The notes under the pieces were generated by a model. That model saw nothing but the letters and a program-made list of their open reading frames with translations, ran no database searches and was not told the DNA's origin. A stretch of DNA of 63,979 nt, filler included, from Olpidium bornovanus S191 (Eukaryota > Fungi > Olpidiomycota): the NCBI GenBank assembly GCA_017911155.1. It is 30 parts of 30 records of this genome, joined end to end, with 100 filler letters (N's around TTAATTAATTAA, not from the genome) between each part and the next. Parts side by side here need not be neighbours in the genome. Positions count along the whole stretch, not along the records: positions 35,150 to 38,326 come from JAEFCI010004466.1; positions 38,427 to 40,184 come from JAEFCI010001937.1; positions 40,285 to 45,155 come from JAEFCI010010456.1; positions 45,256 to 46,373 come from JAEFCI010007571.1; positions 46,474 to 48,080 come from JAEFCI010003175.1; positions 48,181 to 49,748 come from JAEFCI010010045.1; positions 49,849 to 51,332 come from JAEFCI010011384.1; 23 more parts are not named here. One strand, given 5' to 3'. This document shows, in pieces, positions 38,121 through 49,849 of this stretch (position 1 is its first letter; each line of letters begins with the position of its first letter). The position numbers were made by a program, and so were the translations under genes.

Positions 38121-38326
38121 CTAGGTGGAGAGGAAGTCTGCCGAGATTTCGTCTCGTCTGGATAAATCCACGGAGTCGTTTCCGTACCTGAAGCTCACGA
38201 TCGTATTGTCGCAGTCCCTGACCGTGTCGTCGTCTCGCACCGTCAGTCCCTCGGCGAATTTTACGATGGATCTCTGCGCGTACCCCGTCTCCGCGGTACT
38301 AATACCGGTTCTTATCATTCCTTCCC
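38121..38326 (-). pseudogene. Divergent multisubunit RNA polymerase largest-subunit (Rpb1 domain 5, bridge helix) fragment
   Basis: EGMIRTGISTAETGYAQRSIVKFAEGLTVRDDDTVRDCDNTIVSFRYGNDSVD aligns with the eukaryotic [30 protein letters not shown].TVR...IVQF.YGEDG.D, then stops prematurely. Confidence 0.8.
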
Positions 38327-38426
38327 NNNNNNNNNNNNNNNNNNNNNNNNNNNNNNNNNNNNNNNNNNNNTTAATTAATTAANNNNNNNNNNNNNNNNNN
38401 NNNNNNNNNNNNNNNNNNNNNNNNNN

Positions 38427-39926
38427 GGTATGCGCTCTGCCAGGATTCTGAACGAAACATTTGAACGCTTGCCTGAAATTTCGTTCTGTTAATGATAGGG
38501 CGCTGTCGCAATTTCAGAAAATCAAAAGGCCGGTTTATAACCTCATGGCCATCGCCACAGGAAGATACAATGAATAGAACGCGGTCTTGTAAATCACAAT
38601 CCAGCTGTGTCTGCTCCCGAGGTTGGCCCACAAAAACGAGGGGGGGGGGAAGGTGGGGAGGAGTGGGGTTAATCAGTGCGCGGCGGTTTGGCGCGCAATA
38701 GTCAACCAGCAACAAAACCGCCTACTTTTCGACAGAAAATCGCGACAGGTCGACGTTATTCTCGGGCGCGGTGATCAGATCCACAAGCTGGCCGAGCTCC
38801 GTCCGGAAAGTGACCTGCGGGGGGGGGCCCGGCCGGCGATATAAATCAGACGCGAAATTTTCCCGACAGGCGAGCCTCGGCCCCGCAAATGCGGGCTGCG
38901 CGCGCGCCCACTTCGTGAAGCATGTCCAGGAGGTCGGCGTAGTAGGCCTCCTTGCGGAAGTGGTTGCGAAGGATGCGGTACACGCAGCTTTCGAGGATGA
39001 AGGCGTCGTTAACGGCGACCAGCCCGACGTCGGGTACGCGGAACCAGCAAGGCTGGCCGCGCCTGGTCTTTGAGTCGTCCATTATGTCATCGGCGACGAG
39101 GAAAAAGGACTGGAGCTGTCGAAGATTCGAAGACGCGGACAAGAACCGATCAGGCAAGGGAAGCCCGTCGGTCTTTACGGGGCCCATCATCTTTTCACGA
39201 CCCCGGCCCCCCCCCCCCCTCCCCCCCCTTTGCCCGTCGGTAATCGAAAAGCGCGCCGTTCCAAACGTCCGCGAACACGATTCCCGGGAGACCGCAACTG
39301 ACCCATTCGACGCACCACCCCAGGATGCACGCCTTCTCGTACTCCTCGTTGGAGAGCTCGGCACCACGCTTGAGGATGCGCAGTGTATCAACGACGGCGA
39401 GGCCCCGGTTCATTTTGCCTATTTACAGCGGCTGGTGAGAAGTTATGGACCCGAGAGTCTGGCCGATCCTGGCCTCACCCCCTCGCCCGTTGACAACCGG
39501 GCAAAAAACGAACGAGCCAGGGTCTGGCGGTTTGACGCAAACCTCCAGGAACATTGTAGTAAAGGTTCTGTCGGCGCGAAAGCCCCGCGCGCGAATACGT
39601 CAGTCCCGTCGCGTGGGGCAAAAACCCAAAACCGCAGACGCGTCGCACGCGACAACCCGCCTGCCGGTCCAAATAATCCTGGAGCCGGCCGACGCAGAAC
39701 CTAAAAAAGGGGGTTGGCGGGGGGGCCGACGGGCGCGAGGACCGCGGGGGCTTGGGGGACGACCGGGGTGGCGCGGCAGCCGGCGCGCCTGCCGCGGGGG
39801 GCCGTTCCGCACCTTCCTAAGCCAGCAGGCAGCCTCTTTCGGCAAGTTGTACTGCTGAACCTCCCGCAGCACCTCCTCCGCGAGCACGTCGAAAAAGCTG
39901 ACGAAGTCGTCGGTTCCGGCGGTCAT
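38427..39926 (-). CDS. ERG20: Farnesyl pyrophosphate synthase, multi-exon, 3'-truncated
   Basis: [19 protein letters not shown]; [31 protein letters not shown] (FARM); VNDAFILES; [13 protein letters not shown]; [19 protein letters not shown]. Confidence 0.97.
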
Positions 39927-40028
39927 CTTCACCCCGCGTGTGTGGATCGCGTCCGCCCCGATTTCCCCTCCGCGTTTGCAAATTACGCCTCTGCGGGGGC
40001 GAAGTGGAGGAGGGGAGTTTGGTGGCAG

Positions 40029-40063
<35 letters not shown>

Positions 40064-40284
40064 AAAAAAAAAAAAAAAAACCCCAATTTCCCCTCCCGAA
40101 AAAAGAGAGAGGGCACCCCCCCGGAGACACAAACCCCCCCCACACCGGACCCGCGGGCGCCCGCCCGCCCACCGGAGCCCAACCNNNNNNNNNNNNNNNN
40201 NNNNNNNNNNNNNNNNNNNNNNNNNNNNTTAATTAATTAANNNNNNNNNNNNNNNNNNNNNNNNNNNNNNNNNNNNNNNNNNNN

Positions 40285-43093
40285 CATGATAAACTGATGT
40301 TACTTTGTTGCGTGTCAGCGCCCTGCGCCAGTTCGGAAAACTAAGAGCTAACGTAGTCAGCAGAACATCCCAACTGGAGGTGATGCCACCAGCAATTGGG
40401 AAGCAGACCGAAATCCCGACATCAACTTCAACAGCTGAAGAGAATTCCTCGCCCTCGCCAAAAGCGCCATCGTTCCCGGTGACCGCGGCAGCTGAGGACG
40501 CGGTCAGCCACCTTAATACTGCGTTCCTTGCTGAAGTGGCCAAGTTTCTTGCTTGCTTTCGAGACTACTTCCTTTCGGAGCAAGCGCCGACCTCCGCCTC
40601 ACCGTCCACCGCGGGAACGGTGCCCATATCTGCGCCGAAGGCTGGGTCGCCTGGATCTGCAGCTGCCGGAGAACGGCAACGCCCTGTGGTAGACAGGGCG
40701 TTTATCGTCATTCTGACGCCTGAGCAGAGGGAGTCAGCAAGACGCGATCTCTACGAGGCAATTGAAGGGCTGATGAAAGATTATTTTGACGTGGTTGAAG
40801 GGTTTCTGCAGTTGCCGGTGAGTTGGCAAACTCGTCTTCGGCAGATTTAAACGAGGAAAAATCCCGGCTTCAAGAATCACGGTGCAAATCAACGAGGATG
40901 ATTTGATACTGAGAGCTGCTAACATTATTTGACCCGCCATTGCAATTTGGAGACTTAGGCGGACCCAATGAGCCTCAATGTGGCAGTGCCGGCATACGTG
41001 TTCAACAAAATTATGCTTGACATGGCCGCCTACGGAGTCCTCACGAGCATGGCCCGGCTGCCGGACCGCTTGCGGAAATGTGCCCGTTCTTGGGTTCGGC
41101 AGTTGATGCGAACGGCATTTGATAGCGTGCGCAATCGGCTATTGGGTATGGTTCCGCTGCACGCAAGCCGTAAATGATGTACATTTTTGACGTGGCGTGG
41201 CTCTCATTGCCGAATTTTCCACGTGACCATACCGTGAATTACATTTCCAGAACGGATGTCTGTTTTCAGTACCGAGGTTTCCGCCAAAAGTAACGGCAGT
41301 ACGAAGCACGTGGACATATTCGGTTTCCTGCACGAGATGGAGGTGTGGTTACATGACCAACTTTCGAAGCGCTGTTTAAACTTTTTGGAGGTAAGGTGTG
41401 GTTTGTATTTTTTTTGAACGGCGGAATTGTTGGCCTCTTTTTCCTCATACCTTCGTCCCGTCACTACAGTCGTTCATGCAACCCCAGCACCTGGTTATGC
41501 GGTGGCCTAACGGGACCGAGGAGTACCTTTCTTACGTGCAGTCAGGATTGCGGGATTTCTGGGACATGGGGTTGCAGTCTATGATGGTAACGTCCGCCCG
41601 ATTTGCCACGGTGCATCTCTCAACATGTTATAAATATTCCTGACTACTTCGAAACGAATTCTCGACTCCAGGATTACGTCAACCCTCCCAGGGCAGTGCA
41701 TTCCTTTGCCGATGATGACGTCTCCCCATCGCTCTTCCCGCCGGGCAAGAAGCCGGTGTTGCCCGTGGCCAGCATCGTCCTTGCTTGCATGGCCCGTCGC
41801 TGTGCCCAACATGTTGCCCCTGCAGTCTATGAACTGTTCTCTGACCGCATGTTCGGCACCGGACGACGAAAGGTCAAAGAACACATCGCGGGCATGGGCC
41901 AATACGCTGTGTACGGCAATGGGCCAACAGGAGGAGCAGAGTTAGACCACAGGTCAAAGCAGAGAAGAGAGGAAGAGATGGGAGGACTGTTCCCAGACGG
42001 GAGGGAGGTTGCAGCCGCGTGCAGGGAAAAAGCACAGGTAAACTTACAACTGCTATATACGGGAGCAAGGCATCTGTGGTTTCCAGGAGACTGACGCCGG
42101 CCGATCAAAAATTACCAGTGCCTCCTTAATTTGTACGTGGAGCTCCTGGGCCAGGACATTTCGGTGAAGATCCGCCACAACATCGAATCCACCAACTGGT
42201 TTGCGGCCCGAGAACCGCGGGGCGTGAGCCGGGTCTGGGAGCAGGTTCTCTCCGCATTGGCTGAGATCGAGAACGACGTTATTGCCGCATGTGGGGACGA
42301 GGAGATCGATGGCCACGTCGGAGGAGACCAAAGCTCCGAGGGGTCACGAAGGCCGCCGTCCCACCTGGGTGGGAACACATCTCCACACGGGACCATCAGA
42401 ATGTACCACAAGTCGCCGAGTTTTAGTGGGAGTAACCACCGCATCTCGCAGCTCGGTACAGGGGCACGACCGTCCCTTACGGGATCGATCATCAGCTATG
42501 ACAGGAACCTGCTCAGCAGGATCGACCGGCTCTTTTCTGAGCGGCTGGAAATTTTCGGGACAGTGCCCTTCAACACGCCGGGCATCTTGACCGGCATTAT
42601 CAAGATTATTATCAAAGTAGGGGTGTTTTTGTCTCGTGGGAAAGTTGCTGGTTTGTCCGCCATGCAGCAGCAGCCGACCTTCCGGCACTCCCTGTTCAGG
42701 CCATGACCGAGATCATCAGGCTGCAGACCTTCTCGCGGAACGGTTTCCAGCAGGTGCAGATCAACGTAGAATTCCTGCGAGTTCACCTATGGAAGTTTCT
42801 GAATGATGACAGGTGCGGAGCGCCGATTTCAGGTTCGTCCGCCGTGGCATGTTGCACTAACAAACTTCCGGCATGCGAACAGAATGCTCAATTCTATGCT
42901 TGAGGATGTGCTGACTTCTGCCCACCGGCGGTGCACGGACCCGGCCCAGCTTGATGTGAACGTGAGCGGCGACGTTTTCTTTTAAAAAACGAGCTCCGCT
43001 TGCGCACACTGACACACGGTCGCGCGGTCCGCCGGTCACCTTTTTTTACCGCAGGTCATTGAGAAAACCATCGCGACGTTCAGTGATGACTGA
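40285..43093 (+). CDS. VPS51: GARP/EARP complex subunit Vps51, 5'-truncated, multi-exon
   Basis: LLNLYVELLGQDIS..IRHNIESTNWF..EPRGV; LLSRIDRLFSERLEIF; IIKIIIK/AMTEIIRLQTFSRNGFQQVQIN.EFLR..LWKF..D; LEDVLTSAHRRCTDP. These match the VPS51 C-terminal motifs. Confidence 0.9.
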
Positions 43094-43424
43094 CTCTACT
43101 TTGCATATTTAACCTTTCCGCGCCTGACGGCTGGTATGTACGTCTTTAACCCGGGGCACAAATCCTCGCGGTCCCTGGATGCACTGGTGTCTCCTAAATT
43201 GGTTGAAGCGACGTTTGGTGCTGGCTGGTAATGGTGAGCGCATGCGAAACCTGGGAAAAGTCAGTGGTCTTTGGCGTGTTGCTGGGGCGGTTGACGCGGC
43301 AACAAGCAACGGCAAAATAAGTGCGGGTGGTGAAACTCGAAAAAAACCAGTTGGCGCCGCGCCAAAACAACGGCAAGGTGTTTGAGCGTGGTTAAAAATC
43401 GGAAAAAAAAAGAAGACAACCAAC

Positions 43425-43512
43425 GGAAATATAATTATAAGGTATATATGCATCCGGATAATCAGGGATTCTACGAGCCATACCTTGTAATCCTATAAAA
43501 TGTAATGGCATA
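43425..43512 (-). other. cox1: NUMT: mitochondrial cox1 fragment
   Basis: AT-rich island encoding [29 protein letters not shown], matching the cox1 [18 protein letters not shown] motif. Confidence 0.88.
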
Positions 43513-43609
43513 ACTGCGGATGAAGTTATATGCCACCTGGCTCCGTGAGCTATCTGGCAGTTCCCTACGCGTCGTCCCTGCTTTGGCTGGCTCTTAGCAG
43601 TTGCCGAGG

Positions 43610-44255
43610 TCAACAACATACGCGCCGCGCGGACAACCCGTTGCTTTCGCGGGTCCAATTCTCGGTAACAGGCACTTGTTCAATATCGTGAAGGGTTTGT
43701 TTCCTTTCTTCCTCGTCAAACGAACGTAGAATAACGAAACGGGGGTGCCGACCCGACGTCGGCTGTAACCTCTCGTCGAACCTCGCGATGGGCACCGAGC
43801 CAGACTAGTCTAGGTAGGAAGTATGCGCTTCCGCCAACGTTCCGTCAAAGCGCCCTTGCGGAGCGTGGCGGCCCCGAAATCCGGCGCACCTGCCGTCCCA
43901 CCCGGCCGATTTGTCAACAGAAAGATCAAAGGCAGCCACGTTCCTCTCCTTCCCTCTCCTCCTTCCGCAGTGCCGCCCACTCCACTCCGGGAACGTCCCT
44001 GATGGTGCGGACGAGGTCCTCGGGCCTGAGGAGGGCGCCGAGGGACGGGTTCGAGAAGCGTTCCCACTCCGTCACCTTCGGCAACCGGTAAAGGAACGTG
44101 TCGGCGAGCGGGCCGTCCTGCCCGACGAGCTGGAGCTTGTCGGGGGGAAGCCCGACCGCCGCAGCTAGGTCTTCCGCGGCGACGAAAGCCTGCAGTTGCA
44201 CTAACAGGTAGTGGAAGCCGGCGTGGTCCACGATCGGGCGCCCCTTCGCGGCCAT
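43610..44255 (-). CDS. Possible kexin/S8-type prodomain-like gene fragment
   Basis: [32 protein letters not shown] resembles fungal kexin prodomains (DY...Y...L...GQ.GEL.DH..FS.PK). A further exon PIARFDE..NGLSARR ends at a GTATGT donor. No catalytic domain is seen. Confidence 0.35.
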
Positions 44256-44286
44256 CCTTCCGCCCCCTCTTCCCCCCTTTTACTCT

Positions 44287-45155
44287 TGAATTCTGCGTTC
44301 GAAAGGAGCTCGCGGGAGCTGCTCTATTCCGGGAATCTACCCTACTTTATAGAGAGGATTTCAGGGGAAAACCCGGGTGGGCGCAGTGCATTATTTCCCC
44401 CCTGAACCCCTTTGTTTCAGCACTCTCGTTTCAGCACTCTCGTTTCAGCACCCCGCCTCACTGCGCACACCTCTATCTATCTAACGCCCATGATCACTGC
44501 CTAAACTACCGATCTACCTTTAATCTGTGCATTCTTCTCAAACTCGGGCGGTTTCACGCTTGTCTTGCGCCCTTGCGCAGCGGGCTGCCGTTAGACCTTA
44601 CGCATAACCAATCCTTCACGGATTCCAATGAAGTTGACCTTGTCCAAAGGTTTCGTGCACAGATCTGCCAGATTCGAGGCTGAATTGACGCGCGCAATGC
44701 GAATGATCCTGTCCGCAACGCATCGCCGGAGATGGTGATACTTGATATCGATATGCTTCGATCTCCTGGAGGTTTTTGTGTCATTGGCAAGCTCCGCCGC
44801 CCCTGTGTTGTCTATGAACAACGTCGTTGCCTGCGTCACGGCAGTCGGATTGATATATCGCAGTATCGAACGCAACCACTGCGCTTCCTGCGCCGCGGCC
44901 GACCCTGCCACGAATTCGGCTTCACTCGAGGAGGTCGCTACGCAACGTTGGCGGCTCGATCGCCAGGAGACACATCCCCCATTGTACTGAGTAACGAACC
45001 CGGACGTAGATGCCCTTGTTTCGCGGCATCCTGCCCAGTCAGAATCGCTGTACACCGCAAGAGGACTCGTGTCTGTATTTCCATGGCGTTCTTCAAACAC
45101 GATTCCCATGTCAGCCGTCCCCCGGAGGTACCGGAACACTCGTTTGACGGCACTC
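44287..45155 (-). mobile_element. Ty1/Copia 3' end: RNase H, PPT and 3' LTR
   Basis: FRYLRGT..YSDSDWAGCRETRASTSGF..VSWRSSRQRCVATSSSEAEF..SKHIDIKYH..NLADLCTKPL; PPT GAGGCGGGG; LTR about 44450 to 44287 (TGCTGAA...TTCA) with internal 14-bp repeats and TATAAA. Confidence 0.92.
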
Positions 45156-45929
45156 NNNNNNNNNNNNNNNNNNNNNNNNNNNNNNNNNNNNNNNNNNNNT
45201 TAATTAATTAANNNNNNNNNNNNNNNNNNNNNNNNNNNNNNNNNNNNNNNNNNNNACCAACGAATCGGGCCTGGCAGCGATAAATTGGTCTCGTCGGGAC
45301 GCAGCTTGGGGCCGAAAATCCCGTTTTCCTGTGAGGCGCGGGGGGGAGAAGACCCGAGGAGGACGATTTCTCCATGCGCCCAAGCGTTTGGCGGAACGGG
45401 GCCTCTCCGGGCCGCTCATTTGCGGCGGTGGTAAAACCTGGAGGCTGCCTCCAAGCGGGGCGGACGGGCCGCAGGGAAGGCGGCTGTGGGAAACCGGGCG
45501 CCGGACGCTCGACCGAAGGCATACGCCGCAAAGGCCGCGTGGACAACCTGTGCGGACCTCCGTCGCTGCTTCTACGTCCCCAGGATCACCGTCGGAATGA
45601 CAATTCGTTTCCATTTACAGTATGGTTGTGATGGGCGCGGCGGCCTTGCCTGCCGCTTAGAGGCCCATTGAGCCTCTATCAAAGCGAGCAGATCACGTGG
45701 CCCGCATGGTTGCCCCCTCCCCCACACCCCCACCCCTCCATCCCCCGCCCCTCCTAAGGACAAAATGGGGGGTTTTTTTGTCGTTATTTATTTTGAATTA
45801 ACGGCGGTACAAAGGTAGAATGACAAAAGTGAATTACAAGAAATATTTCACTACGCCCTCGGTTTAATCATGTGAACCAGAAAGAGAGCTACGAAGAGGG
45901 CAATGTAATTCGAGGACGAATAAGGGATG

Positions 45930-46373
45930 ATGTGCAGTGCTGGTGTAATGATCCGCATCCTTGTTCATGTTAGTCATCCTAAGAGGCCGTACGCGGATTT
46001 CCTGATTCATTTTGAATCGGGCCCGCGGGAGAGGTTTTGTCAGCGTGTCTATCCGTTGGATGAACACGCGCTCCACTTTAATGGGTGCCGTTCTCCACGG
46101 CCTGCCTGACAAACTGGCGCCGGATATCGACTTGCTTCAAACGGCCCGATCGCATTAAAGCGTCGGCCAGGGCCGTGGCGACTGTCAACATAGATGGGAA
46201 TGGCCTGCATGTTAGCCTGCAAGAACAATTTTTTAAGATCATCCTGTGGGACCATGTCGCATCGTTTCCCCATTCGCGAGGTCGCAAGGAATTCGGTTTC
46301 CGTTGACGACAACTGGCGGACTTGTGCTTCGCGGCGGACTACTCCGCCGGCCGTGGTAAAAAAAAAGATGTCC
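45930..46373 (-). mobile_element. Degenerate Copia RNase H remnant
   Basis: SSTETEFLA..IPIYVDS [frameshift] LKQVDIRRQFVRQAVENG [frameshift] DTLTKPLPRARF. Confidence 0.75.
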
Positions 46374-47522
46374 NNNNNNNNNNNNNNNNNNNNNNNNNNN
46401 NNNNNNNNNNNNNNNNNTTAATTAATTAANNNNNNNNNNNNNNNNNNNNNNNNNNNNNNNNNNNNNNNNNNNNCATGAACCTGTGCGACTGCCGGGAGCA
46501 GAGGAAGCTGCAGCAAGATAATGTGGATGACGAAGCAGAATTAACCGACAGCGGTGACGTCGATGACAGCGACAACGAAGATGACGAATGAACCTGTTTT
46601 TAGAAGCTGGGCGCATTTGTATGCAGCCCCAAACCGTAGACTGGCTGGTCGTGTGACGCAACATGCTAACAAACCGGCCCCGAAAGGCTGGTCATCAAAA
46701 TTCAGCGCCAGTTGTGCGGTGCCCTCCCACTCGGATTTAGGACGCTCCGTTAATGCCAGCCACAAAAAAAATATCATAACTCGGGCCAATCCAGGTCCAA
46801 TTCACGTGAAATGGGGCGCGTCAAAACTGCTAATTTTGAATTCCCCCCCTTTACGCCGCGTTCCCGTTATGACACATTCAGACCCCAAAACCATCAACTT
46901 TTTGAATTAGCTCACGCGAACAGCTTTATCTCGGCTGCCTGTGATTTGATTTTGGCAGGCTGGCATGATTGGGAAACACGTTTGGCATGACTTGTATTTC
47001 TGCCAGCAATTTGTTTTCTGTTCTGAACCGCGCGGTTCGTCTCCTGCAAGCAACGTGACCCACGAAGATGCGCATAACCCTGTAAAAGCAGGCTCCGCCG
47101 GCAGGGCCGCAAATAAAAAGAAGCCGGAGCTGAAACATTTCCGTCACACGTGCGTCGCTGCGAAGCTGTAAGCTGCAGGACGACAGCAACCGCCCTTCAC
47201 TGACCTGTCCTCGGCACGCCAACCCTTTCCGCGCCCGAATTGGCGGAACGGGGCCTCGGACCTTTCTCGACGCCAGAGCCGAAGCGCGGTGTCGCGGCGT
47301 TACGGGGCTTTTGGAGTGACCACTGAATTCCGCCTATCGCGCGCGCAGAATTGCGAAAGGCGTACTCGCCGCGCTAGTCGACCGTTGCTGCCGGCATGCG
47401 AGCGTTACGAGCGAATGGTGAGGATGATGAGAACTGGGAACAAAAGTTTCACCTAGACTACCATGCGCCCGCGTGATGGGCATTTTCTTCCCTCCAGCTT
47501 TTCTGTGAAAAACCCCATTTCC

Positions 47523-47608
47523 ACCAAGGAGAGGGCGCATCAGGGAAGCGCGTTGCGGCCACAACAACCAAGGAGAGGGCGCATCAGGGAAGCGCGTTGC
47601 GGCCACAA
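47523..47608 (+). repeat. 42-bp perfect direct duplication (period 44)
   Basis: ACCAAGGAGAGGGCGCATCAGGGAAGCGCGTTGCGGCCACAA at 47523 and 47567. Confidence 0.9.
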
Positions 47609-47733
47609 AGGTCGCAGTCGTTTTGCTTAAAGCTCGCCACGTTTAGTTTGTGAAACGGGGTTTGAATAGCGCGGCAAAATATTCGATCAGGGAGGGGCCA
47701 CATAAGAACAGAAAAATAGAGACGGGGCCACCG

Positions 47734-47767
<34 letters not shown>

Positions 47768-47772
47768 GGCCC

Positions 47773-47807
<35 letters not shown>

Positions 47808-48214
47808 GTGCCCCAAACCCGCACGACAGCGGAGTGGGACTTGCGACACGGGCCGCCGGATGATCCGGAGCCCGTTTGCCGCGGGCCGCTCGTTGCGTTT
47901 CCTAACCGGTGAAACCGCGGGAGAAGCTCGTCTTCCTTTTTTTTTTTTTTTTTTTTTTTTTTTGTTCTTTTGTGCCGAGGCGTCGAACTGGGGACGTATC
48001 GACTTCCAAAAGAGGGAGGGTTGGCGTAAGCAATTTCACTCCTTCTTCCAGATATTTGTTGCGTTTAGACATTTCCATGCNNNNNNNNNNNNNNNNNNNN
48101 NNNNNNNNNNNNNNNNNNNNNNNNTTAATTAATTAANNNNNNNNNNNNNNNNNNNNNNNNNNNNNNNNNNNNNNNNNNNNCCCCCCGCCCCCCCCTCCCT
48201 CCCCCCCCCCCCCG

Positions 48215-48245
<31 letters not shown>

Positions 48246-48262
48246 TCACCCGCCCGTCCGAA

Positions 48263-49748
48263 ATGTCGCCGCAACCGTCGCGCGCGCCGCGGCGGCGGCA
48301 ACAGAAGAAACAGCGGGCCGAGGTCGGCGAAGGGCACGCGGGGGATGATGGGAGACCGGGATCATCCGACTCCCCGGCGCCCCGGCCGGCGTCCGACGAG
48401 TCTGATCAGCCCCAGTCGGAGGATGATGTCCCCGAGGCCAAAGGTTGGTAGGAGCGCGCTTTTCGCGGAACGTACAGCCGCTTTTTCTTTTTGGCGGCGG
48501 CCGCGGCGGGTCACCCCCGCGCGGTGTGTGCGGGAAACTCTCCGCGGCGCGGGAACGGGGCCCCCCACCCCCGTTAAGACTGGCCAAACGTCATCGGCAA
48601 ACCCGCTTGCTTGCCTGGCGCTTGCCCTCGCTGTGGTCACGCAACATGACACCCCCCCCCCCACCTTCCTCCTCCGCCACCCCCGGCGGTGAAACCGCTG
48701 GGTGAATCGCCCGGACAGAACGGGCCGACGTGGTCGTTAACAACGGGAACCTCTCGGAGCTGAAGAACGCGTGTGACGACCGGCTGCAGGAGGTAAAGAC
48801 CGCGAAAGCAGAAGAGAGGGAGAGAGAAAAAGTTTCAGGTTCCCGGGCTCCGTCGCTTGCGGTTGTGTCCGTCGCGTGGGGAGGGAAGGGGGGGAGGGGG
48901 GGGGGGGGGTGGCAAGCCGGGACCGACCGCGAACTTCCGACTTTGCCCTTTTGCGCGAATTAAAATCTGCGCCCCTCTTTTGCGCCCGAACGGTTGGGGA
49001 CAACCAAAAAAACACACGTCTTCGCCTAGTACTTCGCGTCTACGCATGGCTACGTCCAGTCGCACCGGAAGACGGACATTAAGCTCCTGATCGGCTATAC
49101 TTCCTGCGCCGTCGCCGGCGCCTTGTCACTGTACTGCTACTTCAAGCCGCTCGAGGAGACCACGCTTGTCACGATATGCGGCGTCTTGATGTAGGGCAGC
49201 CGTGGTCGCGGGAGATACAGACCTGAGCGCTCTGAATGCGTACGTTAATTTGGCGACTGGGTCGCGGGTTTGCGGCGAAACCGCGCTTCCCCCCTCCCGC
49301 ACGCCTTCCCAAAATCCGCAGGTACTTCGCCCTGAACAGCGTGATGATGTTTTATTCGGGTTATGTGGAAAAGTCGATTATTTTTGAGGGCAAGCGGACG
49401 AAGCCGAGGTCAGAGGTAGGCTTCATTCATTCCCTCTTCTCAAACAAATCCCGTCTCCCGGCAGAACTTTCCTCAAAAGACGACATCAACCTTCCCCCCC
49501 CCACTCTTCCCCCCACCGCTCTCTCTCTGATTTCCGCCGTGCACCGTGCCTCCGCAGGCGGTCGAGATGCTTGTCGTCGAGTCGTCGACAGGGCCCTTTA
49601 GTCCCGTGCTGGACCTCGTCTTCCAGACCATGGAGTTCCCAGACGCGACCTCGCGTGTCCCAAATGCTCAGTCTCAGGTTGAGTTCCCTATCCCGTTCTC
49701 GTCCTGCTTTGACGAGAGCGGACTGTTCGTGCGCAAGGTGTTCGACCA
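48263..49748 (+). CDS. SPC2: Signal peptidase complex subunit 2 (SPC25 family), multi-exon, 3'-truncated
   Basis: VNNGNLSELKNACDD..E / YF...GYVQSHRKTDIKLLIGY..; VLM/YFALN..YVEK..IF.G; PFSSCFDESG. Confidence 0.9.
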
Positions 49749-49849
49749 NNNNNNNNNNNNNNNNNNNNNNNNNNNNNNNNNNNNNNNNNNNNTTAATTAA
49801 TTAANNNNNNNNNNNNNNNNNNNNNNNNNNNNNNNNNNNNNNNNNNNNC

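Noticed and set aside
45864-46312. Helitron/PIF1 helicase fragment
   Set aside because: Reading across frameshifts gives Copia RNase H motifs (SSTE.EF, K.VDIR..FVR, D.LTKPL) instead.
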